A stretch of DNA of 64,000 nt from positions 1 to 64,000 of IMG/VR virus record IMGVR_UViG_3300029305_011953; one strand, given 5' to 3'. The notes below the pieces were generated by a model. That model saw only the letters and a list, made by a program, of their open reading frames with translations. It had not been told where the DNA came from and made no database searches. This document shows positions 10,619 through 18,903 of this stretch, piece after piece. Source of the DNA: a virus. Lineage: Duplodnaviria; Caudoviricetes. How positions within the stretch are numbered: position 1 is the first letter of the stretch; each line of letters starts with the position of its first letter. The position numbers and the translations under genes are program-made.

Positions 10619-11704
10619 ATGGTTATGAGCAACATAAAGACACCAATTCCCATAAAGAATTTGTTTTATATGCTTTGCTATGCTTGGGATATTCTTGCTA
10701 TTAAGGATGATATACTTGTAGATTCCGATGATTTTGATGATGCGTATAATCTTTTGGCACGTGTTTTTTCGCACGGCATTGGTAAGATAATTCGGTCTGG
10801 TTTTCATCGTTCATACATATCAAAGGAAGAAGAATTATCAACAGTTAGAGGAAAAATCAATATTCAAGAAAGCATTAACAGGCTTTCTATGCATCGAAAA
10901 CAGTTGATGTGTTCATATGATGAGTATTCTACTGATGATATTTTCAACAAAATCCTAAATTATACTATCGCAGCATTAATTAAGAATCCAAATGTAGATA
11001 TTTCTATTAAACGACAATTGAAAAAACAAAAAATGTTCTTTGTTGGGATTGGCGAAACACCGCCCACAAAAGCAAATAGGAAAAAGATTAGTTTTAATAG
11101 AAATAATGTCATTTATAAAATGCTTATACGTGTTGCTATAATGATATATGACAATACCACCGTAAGCGAAGAGGACGGCAAGGAAATATTCAAAGACTTC
11201 TTTAGAGAAGAGCAAATGCAAAAAGTATATGAAACTTTTTTGCTAAATTTTTATGCGATGCACCTTGATAAAAATATATACCGTGTACATGCCCCTAAAT
11301 TTACCTGGATAAAATCAGAGGTTGAGGATATTTGGGATGAATATGAGGATGCCGATAGTTATATGCCAGAATTACGAAGTGATATTGTAATAGAAAACAA
11401 ACAAAAAGACATACAGTTTATCATTGATGCTAAATATTATAAAGAGGCTCTGGTTAAATCCCACCATAGCAATGCGAAAAAATTTAGAAGAGACCACATC
11501 TCTCAAGTAATGACTTATATGATTAATAGCACTTATTCAGGGACAAAGCGTGGTGCTCTGTTATATCCTACCGTTTGTGACGTGCTTGATGGCAAACAAA
11601 ATATTGCAACTGGTATGGTGTTTTTCAAGAGTGTAAATCTTGATACAGCTTGGCGAAATATAGAGAGTCAGTTGCTTGCTTTTGCAAGAATAGCTGATCA
11701 ATAA
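10619..11704 (+). CDS. mcrC: McrC-family PD-(D/E)XK nuclease subunit
   Basis: IPIKNLFYMLCYAW N-terminus, ELRSDIVI...IIDAKYY; directly follows the McrB-like gene. Confidence 0.85.
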   Translation: MVMSNIKTPIPIKNLFYMLCYAWDILAIKDDILVDSDDFDDAYNLLARVFSHGIGKIIRSGFHRSYISKEEELSTVRGKINIQESINRLSMHRKQLMCSYDEYSTDDIFNKILNYTIAALIKNPNVDISIKRQLKKQKMFFVGIGETPPTKANRKKISFNRNNVIYKMLIRVAIMIYDNTTVSEEDGKEIFKDFFREEQMQKVYETFLLNFYAMHLDKNIYRVHAPKFTWIKSEVEDIWDEYEDADSYMPELRSDIVIENKQKDIQFIIDAKYYKEALVKSHHSNAKKFRRDHISQVMTYMINSTYSGTKRGALLYPTVCDVLDGKQNIATGMVFFKSVNLDTAWRNIESQLLAFARIADQ

Positions 11705-11725
11705 TTTAATTAAGGGGGATAAGTT

Positions 11726-13627
11726 ATGGCTAAAAAATACAAGGACTTAAAGGCATACTTGAACGATGCTTATTATGACTTGTTATGCTCTGCCATAGAA
11801 AATGAAATACTGCGAAAGCAAAAAGCCTATAATATATCCTCTTACCGTATTCCGTTCCCTAATTATGAAGACACCTACATCGACAACGTTGCTATTACAA
11901 GCCTATATACCGAGGTTAAGCCCGACGATTATGTGCGTATTATTTGTAATGTTTCCAGCGAAGTCACTTTTAAGGGCTTTGCAAATGGCAGACGGCGCAA
12001 CGATGTAGATGAGGACTCCAAGATTGTTTGGTTGCGAATAATTTTGGGTTGCAGATTTAACGAGGAATTTGAAGCACTCAAGGTTGTAAGCATAAAGCCT
12101 TTAGACGAAAAGGAAAAATTCGTGCTTAATCAATCGTCAACACCCACATTTATTCCCTATATGGAAGGGGACTCTCTCGACCAATATGCCACGGAATTCT
12201 TAAAAAAATATTGTCACGAAGCTCTTACCACTCCTATGCCTTTGCCAATAAAAAAGGTTATCAGGGCAATGGGGTTAAGGGTGATAGCAGGAACTCCAAA
12301 GGACGGCTCTTTCGGACGTTGTTATTTCGTTGATAAAAAAGCAAAAGACAAAGCTGGCAATGAAAAAATCATCCGCAAAGGCACAATAATGTACAACCCT
12401 GAAGCTGTTTTCTTTAACGGTATTGGGTGCGCCAATAATACGATAATTCACGAATGCGTGCATTGGGAATATCATCGTAAGTTCTTTGCGTTGATGAAAT
12501 TGCTCGACCCGTCCATATCAGCTATTCACTGTAAGATGATAGAGGATACAAGAGCCAATCGCGAAAATAGCGATGACTACCATTGGATGGAGTGGCAAGC
12601 AAACGCTTTAACACCTAGAATTTTGATGCCCGCCGATATGGTGAAACTCAAATACGAGGAAATCAAGGGTGAGATTATAGCTAGCGGAGTTAAGCACCTT
12701 CCCGAAGTATACAAGCAAACCATAAGCAGATTGGCGGACTTCTTCCAGGTAACCGTTACCTCCATAAAAATAAGGTTGTTAGAGCTTGGTTTTAACTATC
12801 TAAAAGGTATTTACGATTACGCTGGGCAAACCCCAACAAAGCCGTATTTATACAACCCCAAGAAAATCCAGGCAAACCAAACCTTTGCCGCTGGGTTGAG
12901 TGATGTAATAACAAGTGCCAACGATAACAATGACTTAAAAAATTGCTTGGCATTGAGAACCATCGTTTACGCAGGCGGTTTCTTTGTTATTAACAACAAA
13001 AAATATACATACAAAGACCCTCTTACGGGTAGACAAGAGCTTACCGACTATGCTTTAGAGCATATGGACGAGTGCTGTCTTGTTTTTGATTGTGAGCCGA
13101 AGAAAAAGGTGACTTTCGATGACAGATATTATTCGATGTGTTTCCTCTGCCGTGGGCAGCTGGGGAAAACCCCGTATGCAAAGACCGTAAAAAATAATGA
13201 CCTCAACAATGGCATTATGCGCCGTTCTATTGAGTTGTGCGATGCTCTCGCAGAAAATGAAGAGGCTTTAGCTCTCGTTGCTCAATTTGAAGACGGCTTT
13301 GCCCACAACCTCGGTTTGCTTATGGAACGCTATGGTGTTAGTAATCGTGAATTGAAACGGACAAGCACCATTGATGACCATAAAATTGCTTCTTTCGTTG
13401 ATGGCTCAAAAGAACCAAGCAGGACGGAGGTCTTGGCTATCATTGCTGCTTTGCAATTATACCCCGTTGTAGCGGAGGCTTTGTTTACGAAAGCAGGGTT
13501 CACTTTCAGAGCAACCAAACAAGATCAGGCATACAAATTCCTTATGAACCATTACTACGAAGAAGGGCTTGAAGTGTGGAATCAGAGTTTGCGAGACGAA
13601 GGGATGGTGGATTGGCAGCTCCCGTAA
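11726..13627 (+). CDS. ImmA/IrrE-family metallopeptidase fused to a C-terminal XRE-like HTH
   Basis: IIHECVHW (HExxH), EWQAN third ligand, C-terminal GVSNRELKRTSTIDDHKIASFVDG HTH-like segment. Confidence 0.8.
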   Translation: MAKKYKDLKAYLNDAYYDLLCSAIENEILRKQKAYNISSYRIPFPNYEDTYIDNVAITSLYTEVKPDDYVRIICNVSSEVTFKGFANGRRRNDVDEDSKIVWLRIILGCRFNEEFEALKVVSIKPLDEKEKFVLNQSSTPTFIPYMEGDSLDQYATEFLKKYCHEALTTPMPLPIKKVIRAMGLRVIAGTPKDGSFGRCYFVDKKAKDKAGNEKIIRKGTIMYNPEAVFFNGIGCANNTIIHECVHWEYHRKFFALMKLLDPSISAIHCKMIEDTRANRENSDDYHWMEWQANALTPRILMPADMVKLKYEEIKGEIIASGVKHLPEVYKQTISRLADFFQVTVTSIKIRLLELGFNYLKGIYDYAGQTPTKPYLYNPKKIQANQTFAAGLSDVITSANDNNDLKNCLALRTIVYAGGFFVINNKKYTYKDPLTGRQELTDYALEHMDECCLVFDCEPKKKVTFDDRYYSMCFLCRGQLGKTPYAKTVKNNDLNNGIMRRSIELCDALAENEEALALVAQFEDGFAHNLGLLMERYGVSNRELKRTSTIDDHKIASFVDGSKEPSRTEVLAIIAALQLYPVVAEALFTKAGFTFRATKQDQAYKFLMNHYYEEGLEVWNQSLRDEGMVDWQLP

Positions 13628-13637
13628 AAAAAAGTTG

Positions 13638-13655
13638 TGCGGAAATTTTTACGCA
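13638..13655. promoter_or_regulatory. Palindromic operator-like site TGCG-N10-CGCA, copy 1
   Basis: TGCGGAAATTTTTACGCA; 15/18 identical to copy 2. Confidence 0.5.
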
Positions 13656-13681
13656 TTTTTCAATTAAATAATTAACGAAAC

Positions 13682-13733
13682 AAGACTCTATGTACTACTT
13701 AGAACGCTAAGTAAGTGCAAAGGGTCTTTTTTT
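13682..13733 (+). terminator. Long hairpin with U-tract downstream of the ImmA-HTH gene
   Basis: aagactct/agggtctt outer stem, acttag-aacg-ctaagt inner stem, followed by T run. Confidence 0.7.
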
Positions 13734-13756
13734 ATGCCTTTTTGCAGAAAAAACGG

Positions 13757-13799
13757 TGCGTATTTTTTTACGCAGTCAAAAATTTCATTTTGTTATAAT
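13757..13799 (+). promoter_or_regulatory. Operator-like palindrome copy 2 overlapping the -35 position of an extended -10 promoter
   Basis: TGCGTA-N6-TACGCA at 13757-13774; TGtTATAAT at 13791-13799. Confidence 0.55.
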
Positions 13800-14083
13800 A
13801 AAGATGCAGTAAGGAATTGACAAATGCGAAATCTCTCATAAAATATAATTCCCTTTGAAAGGGAAGAAGTCGAATAATATATCTCGTCTCGATATGCATT
13901 AAGAGGCAAGCGGATATGACATAGCTCCATACCTCGGACAAGGGGTTAGAGGGTTATGTGTGTACCCTTGTTTTTTCACGCCATTTCGAGGCTGTCTGGG
14001 CTTGGGTACTCAACTGGGTGTCCAAGCCTTTTTTATTTCCGCTTTCCGATTATTGCACTTCTTCGACGGGGAAGGAGTCAATT

Positions 14084-14491
14084 ATGAAAATTAAATACAG
14101 ATTTGCAAATGGCGAAGTCAGCGAAGTTGAAGTTGACGATGAACTCGGTGCTGTTATTACGGCATCCAGAAGGGAAGAGGAAAACTACGAACGCAAAATG
14201 CGATATCATTGCCCGTACTCGATAGACAAGCTCGTCTACGAAGGGGAAGATTACGCAGACAAAGAAACACCCTCGCCCGACACGCACGTGGAAAATAAGG
14301 AAGAAGGACAGGGTGTACAAGCCTTTCTGGAAACCTTAACGGAAGTGCAAAGACGTCGAGTACATATGCGAATGGATGGAATGACCATCACCGAAATTGC
14401 AGAGGCAGAGGGGACAAGTTATATGTCCGTAAAAGAAACCTTTACGCAATTAAAAAAGAAATTTTCAAAATTTTTCAAAAAACACCCTTAA
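14084..14491 (+). CDS. Sigma-70 region-4-like transcriptional regulator
   Basis: AAGGAG RBS before ATG 14084; FLETLTEVQRRRVHMRMDGMTITEIAEAEG..VKE..KKK C-terminal HTH. Confidence 0.75.
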   Translation: MKIKYRFANGEVSEVEVDDELGAVITASRREEENYERKMRYHCPYSIDKLVYEGEDYADKETPSPDTHVENKEEGQGVQAFLETLTEVQRRRVHMRMDGMTITEIAEAEGTSYMSVKETFTQLKKKFSKFFKKHP

Positions 14492-14555
14492 AAACCCCCT
14501 TCCTTTTCTCCGTACATTGAAAGGCAACTGAAATGCCCGACAAAGGAGGTACGGA

Positions 14556-14762
14556 ATGGAACACAATCTCAAAATAAGTGTTTCAAAGGAACCAGAGCAA
14601 GACGGATTGGTTTCCTGCAAGACGATGTCCCTCAAAGAACGATTGTTCACAAAGCTGTTCGGCAAAAAGCGGAAGGTCGTGATCATTGTTCCTGGGGACT
14701 CGATACAGGAAATCAGTATCTGCGAAAAGGCAAGTGAAGGAGGTGATAGGGATGCCACCTAA
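14556..14762 (+). CDS. Small conserved phage protein
   Basis: GGAGG RBS; coupled to the next gene. Confidence 0.65.
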   Translation: MEHNLKISVSKEPEQDGLVSCKTMSLKERLFTKLFGKKRKVVIIVPGDSIQEISICEKASEGGDRDAT

Positions 14763-15891
14763 CAACCACGCTGTGCTTTCGGCATCATCTTCCCACCGTT
14801 GGTTGAACTGTAACCCTTCGGCTCGGCTTGAGTTAGAGTTCGAGGATAGGACAACGTCGGCGGCATCGGAAGGAACGGCAGCCCACGCTCTTTGCGAACA
14901 CAAATTGAAACGGCGATTGAAACTGCGAAGTGAACGACCCGTTTCCGTTTGGGACAGCGATGAGATGGAGGCTTGCACGGACGATTATGCGGACTTCGTT
15001 ATGGAAAACGTGGTGCGAGAACGAAGAAGAGACAAGGACACGCAAGTGTTAATCGAACAGAAACTTGACTTCTCGTGTTTCGTGCCGGACGGGTTTGGAA
15101 CGGGTGACTGCATTATCGTAAGCAAAGGTCGACTGCACATCATCGACTTCAAATACGGTCAAGGGGTTCTCGTCGAAGCGGAGGATAATCCGCAGATGAA
15201 ACTCTACGCACTCGGCGCACTTGGACTTTTTGAAGAGAAGTATCAAATCAAAAAGGTCAAGATGACCATCTTCCAACCCAGGCGGGAAAACGTCAGTACG
15301 TGGGAGATTACGGTCAACCGCTTGAAGAAGTGGGCGGAAAAAGAACTTAAACCGAAGGCAGAAAAAGCCTTCAAAGGCGAAGGTCAATACTGTCCAGGCG
15401 AGTGGTGCTTATTCTGCAAAGCAGCAATCAAATGCAGAGCGAGGGCGGAAGACAAGTTGAAGTTGGCACAAAGCGAGTTCAAACTCCCACCGCTTTTGAC
15501 CGATGCTGAAATTGAGGATGTGCTGATTAAACTGCCCGACATCAAAAAGTGGGCGGAAGAAATCCAAGCATATGCACTCGCACAGGCACTCGGCGGAAAA
15601 GAGTGGGCGGGGTTCAAACTGGTGGAAGGTAGGTCGAACCGAAAGTACGCAAATGAACAGGAAGTAGCAAAGGCAGCAGAAAGGGCAGGATACCACGACA
15701 TCTACACGAAGTCCCTAATTAGCATCGGCGAAATGGAAAGGCTGATGGGTAAGAAGGAGTTCAATGAAATTCTCGGTGGACTGGTAGTCAAACCCCAAGG
15801 TAAACCCACGCTTGTTCCCGATACAGACAAGCGACCGGCACTCATTGTATCGAACGCAAAAAATGACTTTAACGAATTTATAGGAGATTAA
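14752..15891 (+). CDS. DUF2800-family PD-(D/E)XK (Cas4-like) phage exonuclease
   Basis: HAVLSASSSHRWLNC, EGTAAH, FGTGDCII..HIIDFKYG, PGEWCLFC. Confidence 0.85.
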   Translation: MPPNNHAVLSASSSHRWLNCNPSARLELEFEDRTTSAASEGTAAHALCEHKLKRRLKLRSERPVSVWDSDEMEACTDDYADFVMENVVRERRRDKDTQVLIEQKLDFSCFVPDGFGTGDCIIVSKGRLHIIDFKYGQGVLVEAEDNPQMKLYALGALGLFEEKYQIKKVKMTIFQPRRENVSTWEITVNRLKKWAEKELKPKAEKAFKGEGQYCPGEWCLFCKAAIKCRARAEDKLKLAQSEFKLPPLLTDAEIEDVLIKLPDIKKWAEEIQAYALAQALGGKEWAGFKLVEGRSNRKYANEQEVAKAAERAGYHDIYTKSLISIGEMERLMGKKEFNEILGGLVVKPQGKPTLVPDTDKRPALIVSNAKNDFNEFIGD

Positions 15892-15896
15892 AAATT

Positions 15897-16445
15897 ATGG
15901 CAAATAGTAAGACAAAAGTGGTAACTGGTGTAGTAAGACTTTCTTATGCGAACGTATGGGAACCTAAAGCGGTAACCGAAGGCGCAAAGGAAAAATATAG
16001 CGTTTCTATCATTATCCCCAAATCGGATAAAGAAACGCTTGCAAAAATCAACGCAGCCATTGATGCGGCGATTGAAGAAGGTATCGGCAAGTTCGGCGGT
16101 AAGAAACCGAATAAAGCGGCGATTAAAATTCCTCTCCGCGACGGCGATATTGAAAGAGAAGACGACGAAGCGTATGCAAATTCGTACTTCATCAACGCAA
16201 ACAGCACGACCGCACCCCAAATTGTTGACCTTAAGGTTCAGCCTATTTTGGAACGTAGCGAAGTGTATAGCGGCGTATATGCGAGGGTTTCCATTAACTT
16301 CTACGCATTCAATACGAACGGCAATAAGGGCGTAGCTTGCGGACTTGGCAACATCCAAAAGGTAAGAGACGGCGAACCTCTCGGTGGCAAGACCAACGCT
16401 GCGGACGAGTTCGAGGCAACGAGCGAAGACGATTTGCTTGGCTGA
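15897..16445 (+). CDS. DUF2815-family phage ssDNA-binding protein
   Basis: VRLSYANVWEP, IPLRDGD, YSGVYAR, GVACGLGNIQK..DGEPLGG, acidic tail. Confidence 0.85.
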   Translation: MANSKTKVVTGVVRLSYANVWEPKAVTEGAKEKYSVSIIIPKSDKETLAKINAAIDAAIEEGIGKFGGKKPNKAAIKIPLRDGDIEREDDEAYANSYFINANSTTAPQIVDLKVQPILERSEVYSGVYARVSINFYAFNTNGNKGVACGLGNIQKVRDGEPLGGKTNAADEFEATSEDDLLG

Positions 16446-16505
16446 TGAAATACACACGGCAAGGGGTGGTAGCAATACCGCCCTCTTGCTGAAAGGATGG
16501 AAGGT

Positions 16506-18455
16506 ATGAAAACATTATCGATTGATATAGAAACTTATTCTTCCGTTGACCTGACAAAGGCTGGTGTTTACCGATACGCGGAGAGCGATGATTTTGAAAT
16601 CTTGCTCTTTGCGTATTCGGTGGACTACGGCGAAGTGGAAGTTGTCGACATTGCAATGGGCGAGAGGATTCCACTTGAAATAATCAATGCGTTGACGGAT
16701 GAAAAAATTAAAAAATATGCGTTCAACGCACAGTTTGAGCGTGTTTGTATTTCACGGTTCTTGGGCTATCCAGTAGGGCAGTATTTGAACCCCGATTCTT
16801 GGTATTGCACGATGGTTTGGGCGGCAACATTAGGATTGCCATTATCGCTTGAAAAGGTCGGCGAAGTTCTCGGTATTGAAAAGCAGAAGTTGACCGTTGG
16901 CAAGGAGCTGATTCGATATTTCTGCAAGCCTTGTGAACCGACTGCGACAAATCATTTCCGAACGAGAAACTTGCCTACGCACGCACTTGATAAGTGGGAA
17001 ACCTTCAAAGCGTATAACAAGCGTGACGTTGAGGCAGAAATGAATATTCAGCAACGAATGGTGGCGTTCCCCGTCTTGGAAAGTGAATGGGAAAATTACC
17101 ATCTCGACCAACGCATCAACGATTATGGCATCGCTTTGGATATGGACTTCGTTGACCATGCGATTTTATGCGACGAAGTAAACACGGGCAAGGCGGAAGA
17201 GAAAGCAAAGGTGTTGACGGGAATTGATAACCCTAACTCGCCAGCGCAACTCAAAGCGTGGCTCGTAGAACAGGGGCAAGTGGTGGAATCGTTGTCAAAG
17301 GCGGAAGTTGCTCGATTGTTGCAGGATGCGACGGGAAACGTGGAAGAAATCCTTCGACTTCGGCAGGAACTTGCAAAGTCAAGCGTTAAAAAATATATCG
17401 CAATGCGAAACGTGGCAGGAAAGGATAAACGCGCAAGGGGATTGATTCAATTCTACGGTGCAAACCGAACGGGACGGTATTCTGGACGGCTTATTCAAGT
17501 GCAAAATCTTCCACAAAACCATCTTGAAGATCTCACGGGAGCAAGGGAACTTGTAAGGAATGACAATTACCAAGGCATTGAAACCAAGCATGGGAATATC
17601 TCGTCCGTTTTATCGGAACTTATCCGAACGGCTTTTATTCCCAAGGATGGAAGTCGATTTATCGTAGCGGACTTTTCCGCAATCGAGGCTCGTGTCATTG
17701 CTTGGTATGCAGGGGAGCAATGGAGATTGGATGTCTTTGAAAAGGGCGGCGATATTTACTGTGCTTCCGCAAGTCAAATGTTCAAAGTCCCCGTTGAAAA
17801 GAACGGTGTCAATGGTCATCTTCGGCAGAAAGGTAAGATTGCTGAACTTGCCCTTGGATATGGTGGTTCGGTTGGCGCTTTGAAAGCGATGGGTGCGACC
17901 GCAATGGGAATACGTGAGGAAGAATTAAAACCGCTTGTGGATGCTTGGCGCAATTCTAACCCCGCTATAACCAAGTTCTGGTGGACGGTGGATAAGGCGG
18001 TCAAGTATGTCGTTTCTACCAAGCAACAGTATTCCTGCTACGGTGTTACATTTTCCTACGCAAAAGGGATTTTATTTGTGAAATTGCCGTCGGGCAGAAG
18101 TCTTGCGTATGTAAGACCGAGAATGGGTGTGAACAATTTCGGGAGCGAGTGCGTGACCTATGAAGGACTCGGCTCGTCGAAGAAATGGGAGCGTATTGAA
18201 AGCTACGGCCCCAAGTTCGTGGAAAACATCGTTCAGGCAACGGCAAGGGATATTTTAGCGGAATCAATGCAACGGCTGCATAACGCAGGGTTTGCAATTA
18301 CAATGCACGTCCACGACGAAGTGGTGCTTGAAGTACCGAATGGTGTATCGAGCGTGGAACAGGTGTGCAGGATTATGGGGAAGGCCCCCCAATGGGCGGA
18401 AGGATTAAATCTTCGCGCCGACGGCTATGAATGCCAATTTTATAAAAAGGAGTGA
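16506..18455 (+). CDS. Phage family-A DNA polymerase
   Basis: SIDIET exonuclease motif, ADFSAIEARV, RQKGKIAELALGYGG, HVHDEVV. Confidence 0.9.
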   Translation: MKTLSIDIETYSSVDLTKAGVYRYAESDDFEILLFAYSVDYGEVEVVDIAMGERIPLEIINALTDEKIKKYAFNAQFERVCISRFLGYPVGQYLNPDSWYCTMVWAATLGLPLSLEKVGEVLGIEKQKLTVGKELIRYFCKPCEPTATNHFRTRNLPTHALDKWETFKAYNKRDVEAEMNIQQRMVAFPVLESEWENYHLDQRINDYGIALDMDFVDHAILCDEVNTGKAEEKAKVLTGIDNPNSPAQLKAWLVEQGQVVESLSKAEVARLLQDATGNVEEILRLRQELAKSSVKKYIAMRNVAGKDKRARGLIQFYGANRTGRYSGRLIQVQNLPQNHLEDLTGARELVRNDNYQGIETKHGNISSVLSELIRTAFIPKDGSRFIVADFSAIEARVIAWYAGEQWRLDVFEKGGDIYCASASQMFKVPVEKNGVNGHLRQKGKIAELALGYGGSVGALKAMGATAMGIREEELKPLVDAWRNSNPAITKFWWTVDKAVKYVVSTKQQYSCYGVTFSYAKGILFVKLPSGRSLAYVRPRMGVNNFGSECVTYEGLGSSKKWERIESYGPKFVENIVQATARDILAESMQRLHNAGFAITMHVHDEVVLEVPNGVSSVEQVCRIMGKAPQWAEGLNLRADGYECQFYKKE

Positions 18456-18462
18456 GAGAGGA

Positions 18463-18903
18463 ATGAAAAATCCAAGTTTTTATAACAGCGAAGGCTATCC
18501 CGATCCCACTCACTATGCTGTGGAAATGAAGATGGCAAAGGAAGAACGGGAACGGAAAAGGATGTTGCACCAATTTCGACCTATCGTATACATCTGTTCC
18601 CCGTTTAGTGGTGACGTGAAGGAAAACAAGAAAAAGGCGAGAACGTATTCACGTTTTGCGGTCAAGAAAGGGTATCTGCCGATAACACCGCATTTACTCT
18701 TTCCACAGTTCTTGGACGATGAGAACCCAGACGAGCGAGAAATAGGTCTGCACATGGGTTTGGTATTGATGACCAAATGTGTGGAAGTTTGGGTGTTCGG
18801 CGAGAAAAGGTCGGAAGGGATGAAAAGGGAAATCCAAAAAGCAAAATGGCGCGGAAAGGTAGTCCGCTATTTTACAAGTGATATGGAGGAAATAAAACGA
18901 TGA
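18463..18903 (+). CDS. DUF4406-like protein (nucleoside deoxyribosyltransferase-like fold)
   Basis: VYICSPFSGD, PITPHLLFPQFLDD, EVWVFG..SEGM..EI. Confidence 0.7.
   Translation: MKNPSFYNSEGYPDPTHYAVEMKMAKEERERKRMLHQFRPIVYICSPFSGDVKENKKKARTYSRFAVKKGYLPITPHLLFPQFLDDENPDEREIGLHMGLVLMTKCVEVWVFGEKRSEGMKREIQKAKWRGKVVRYFTSDMEEIKR

Noticed and set aside
13817-13849. TTGACA...TATAAT read as a perfect promoter
   Set aside because: Spacing is 21 bp; TAAAAT at 16 bp is the plausible -10 instead
13958-14083. 42-aa N-terminal extension of the sigma-like gene in the ORF track
   Set aside because: Runs through terminator-like hairpins; the RBS supports ATG 14084
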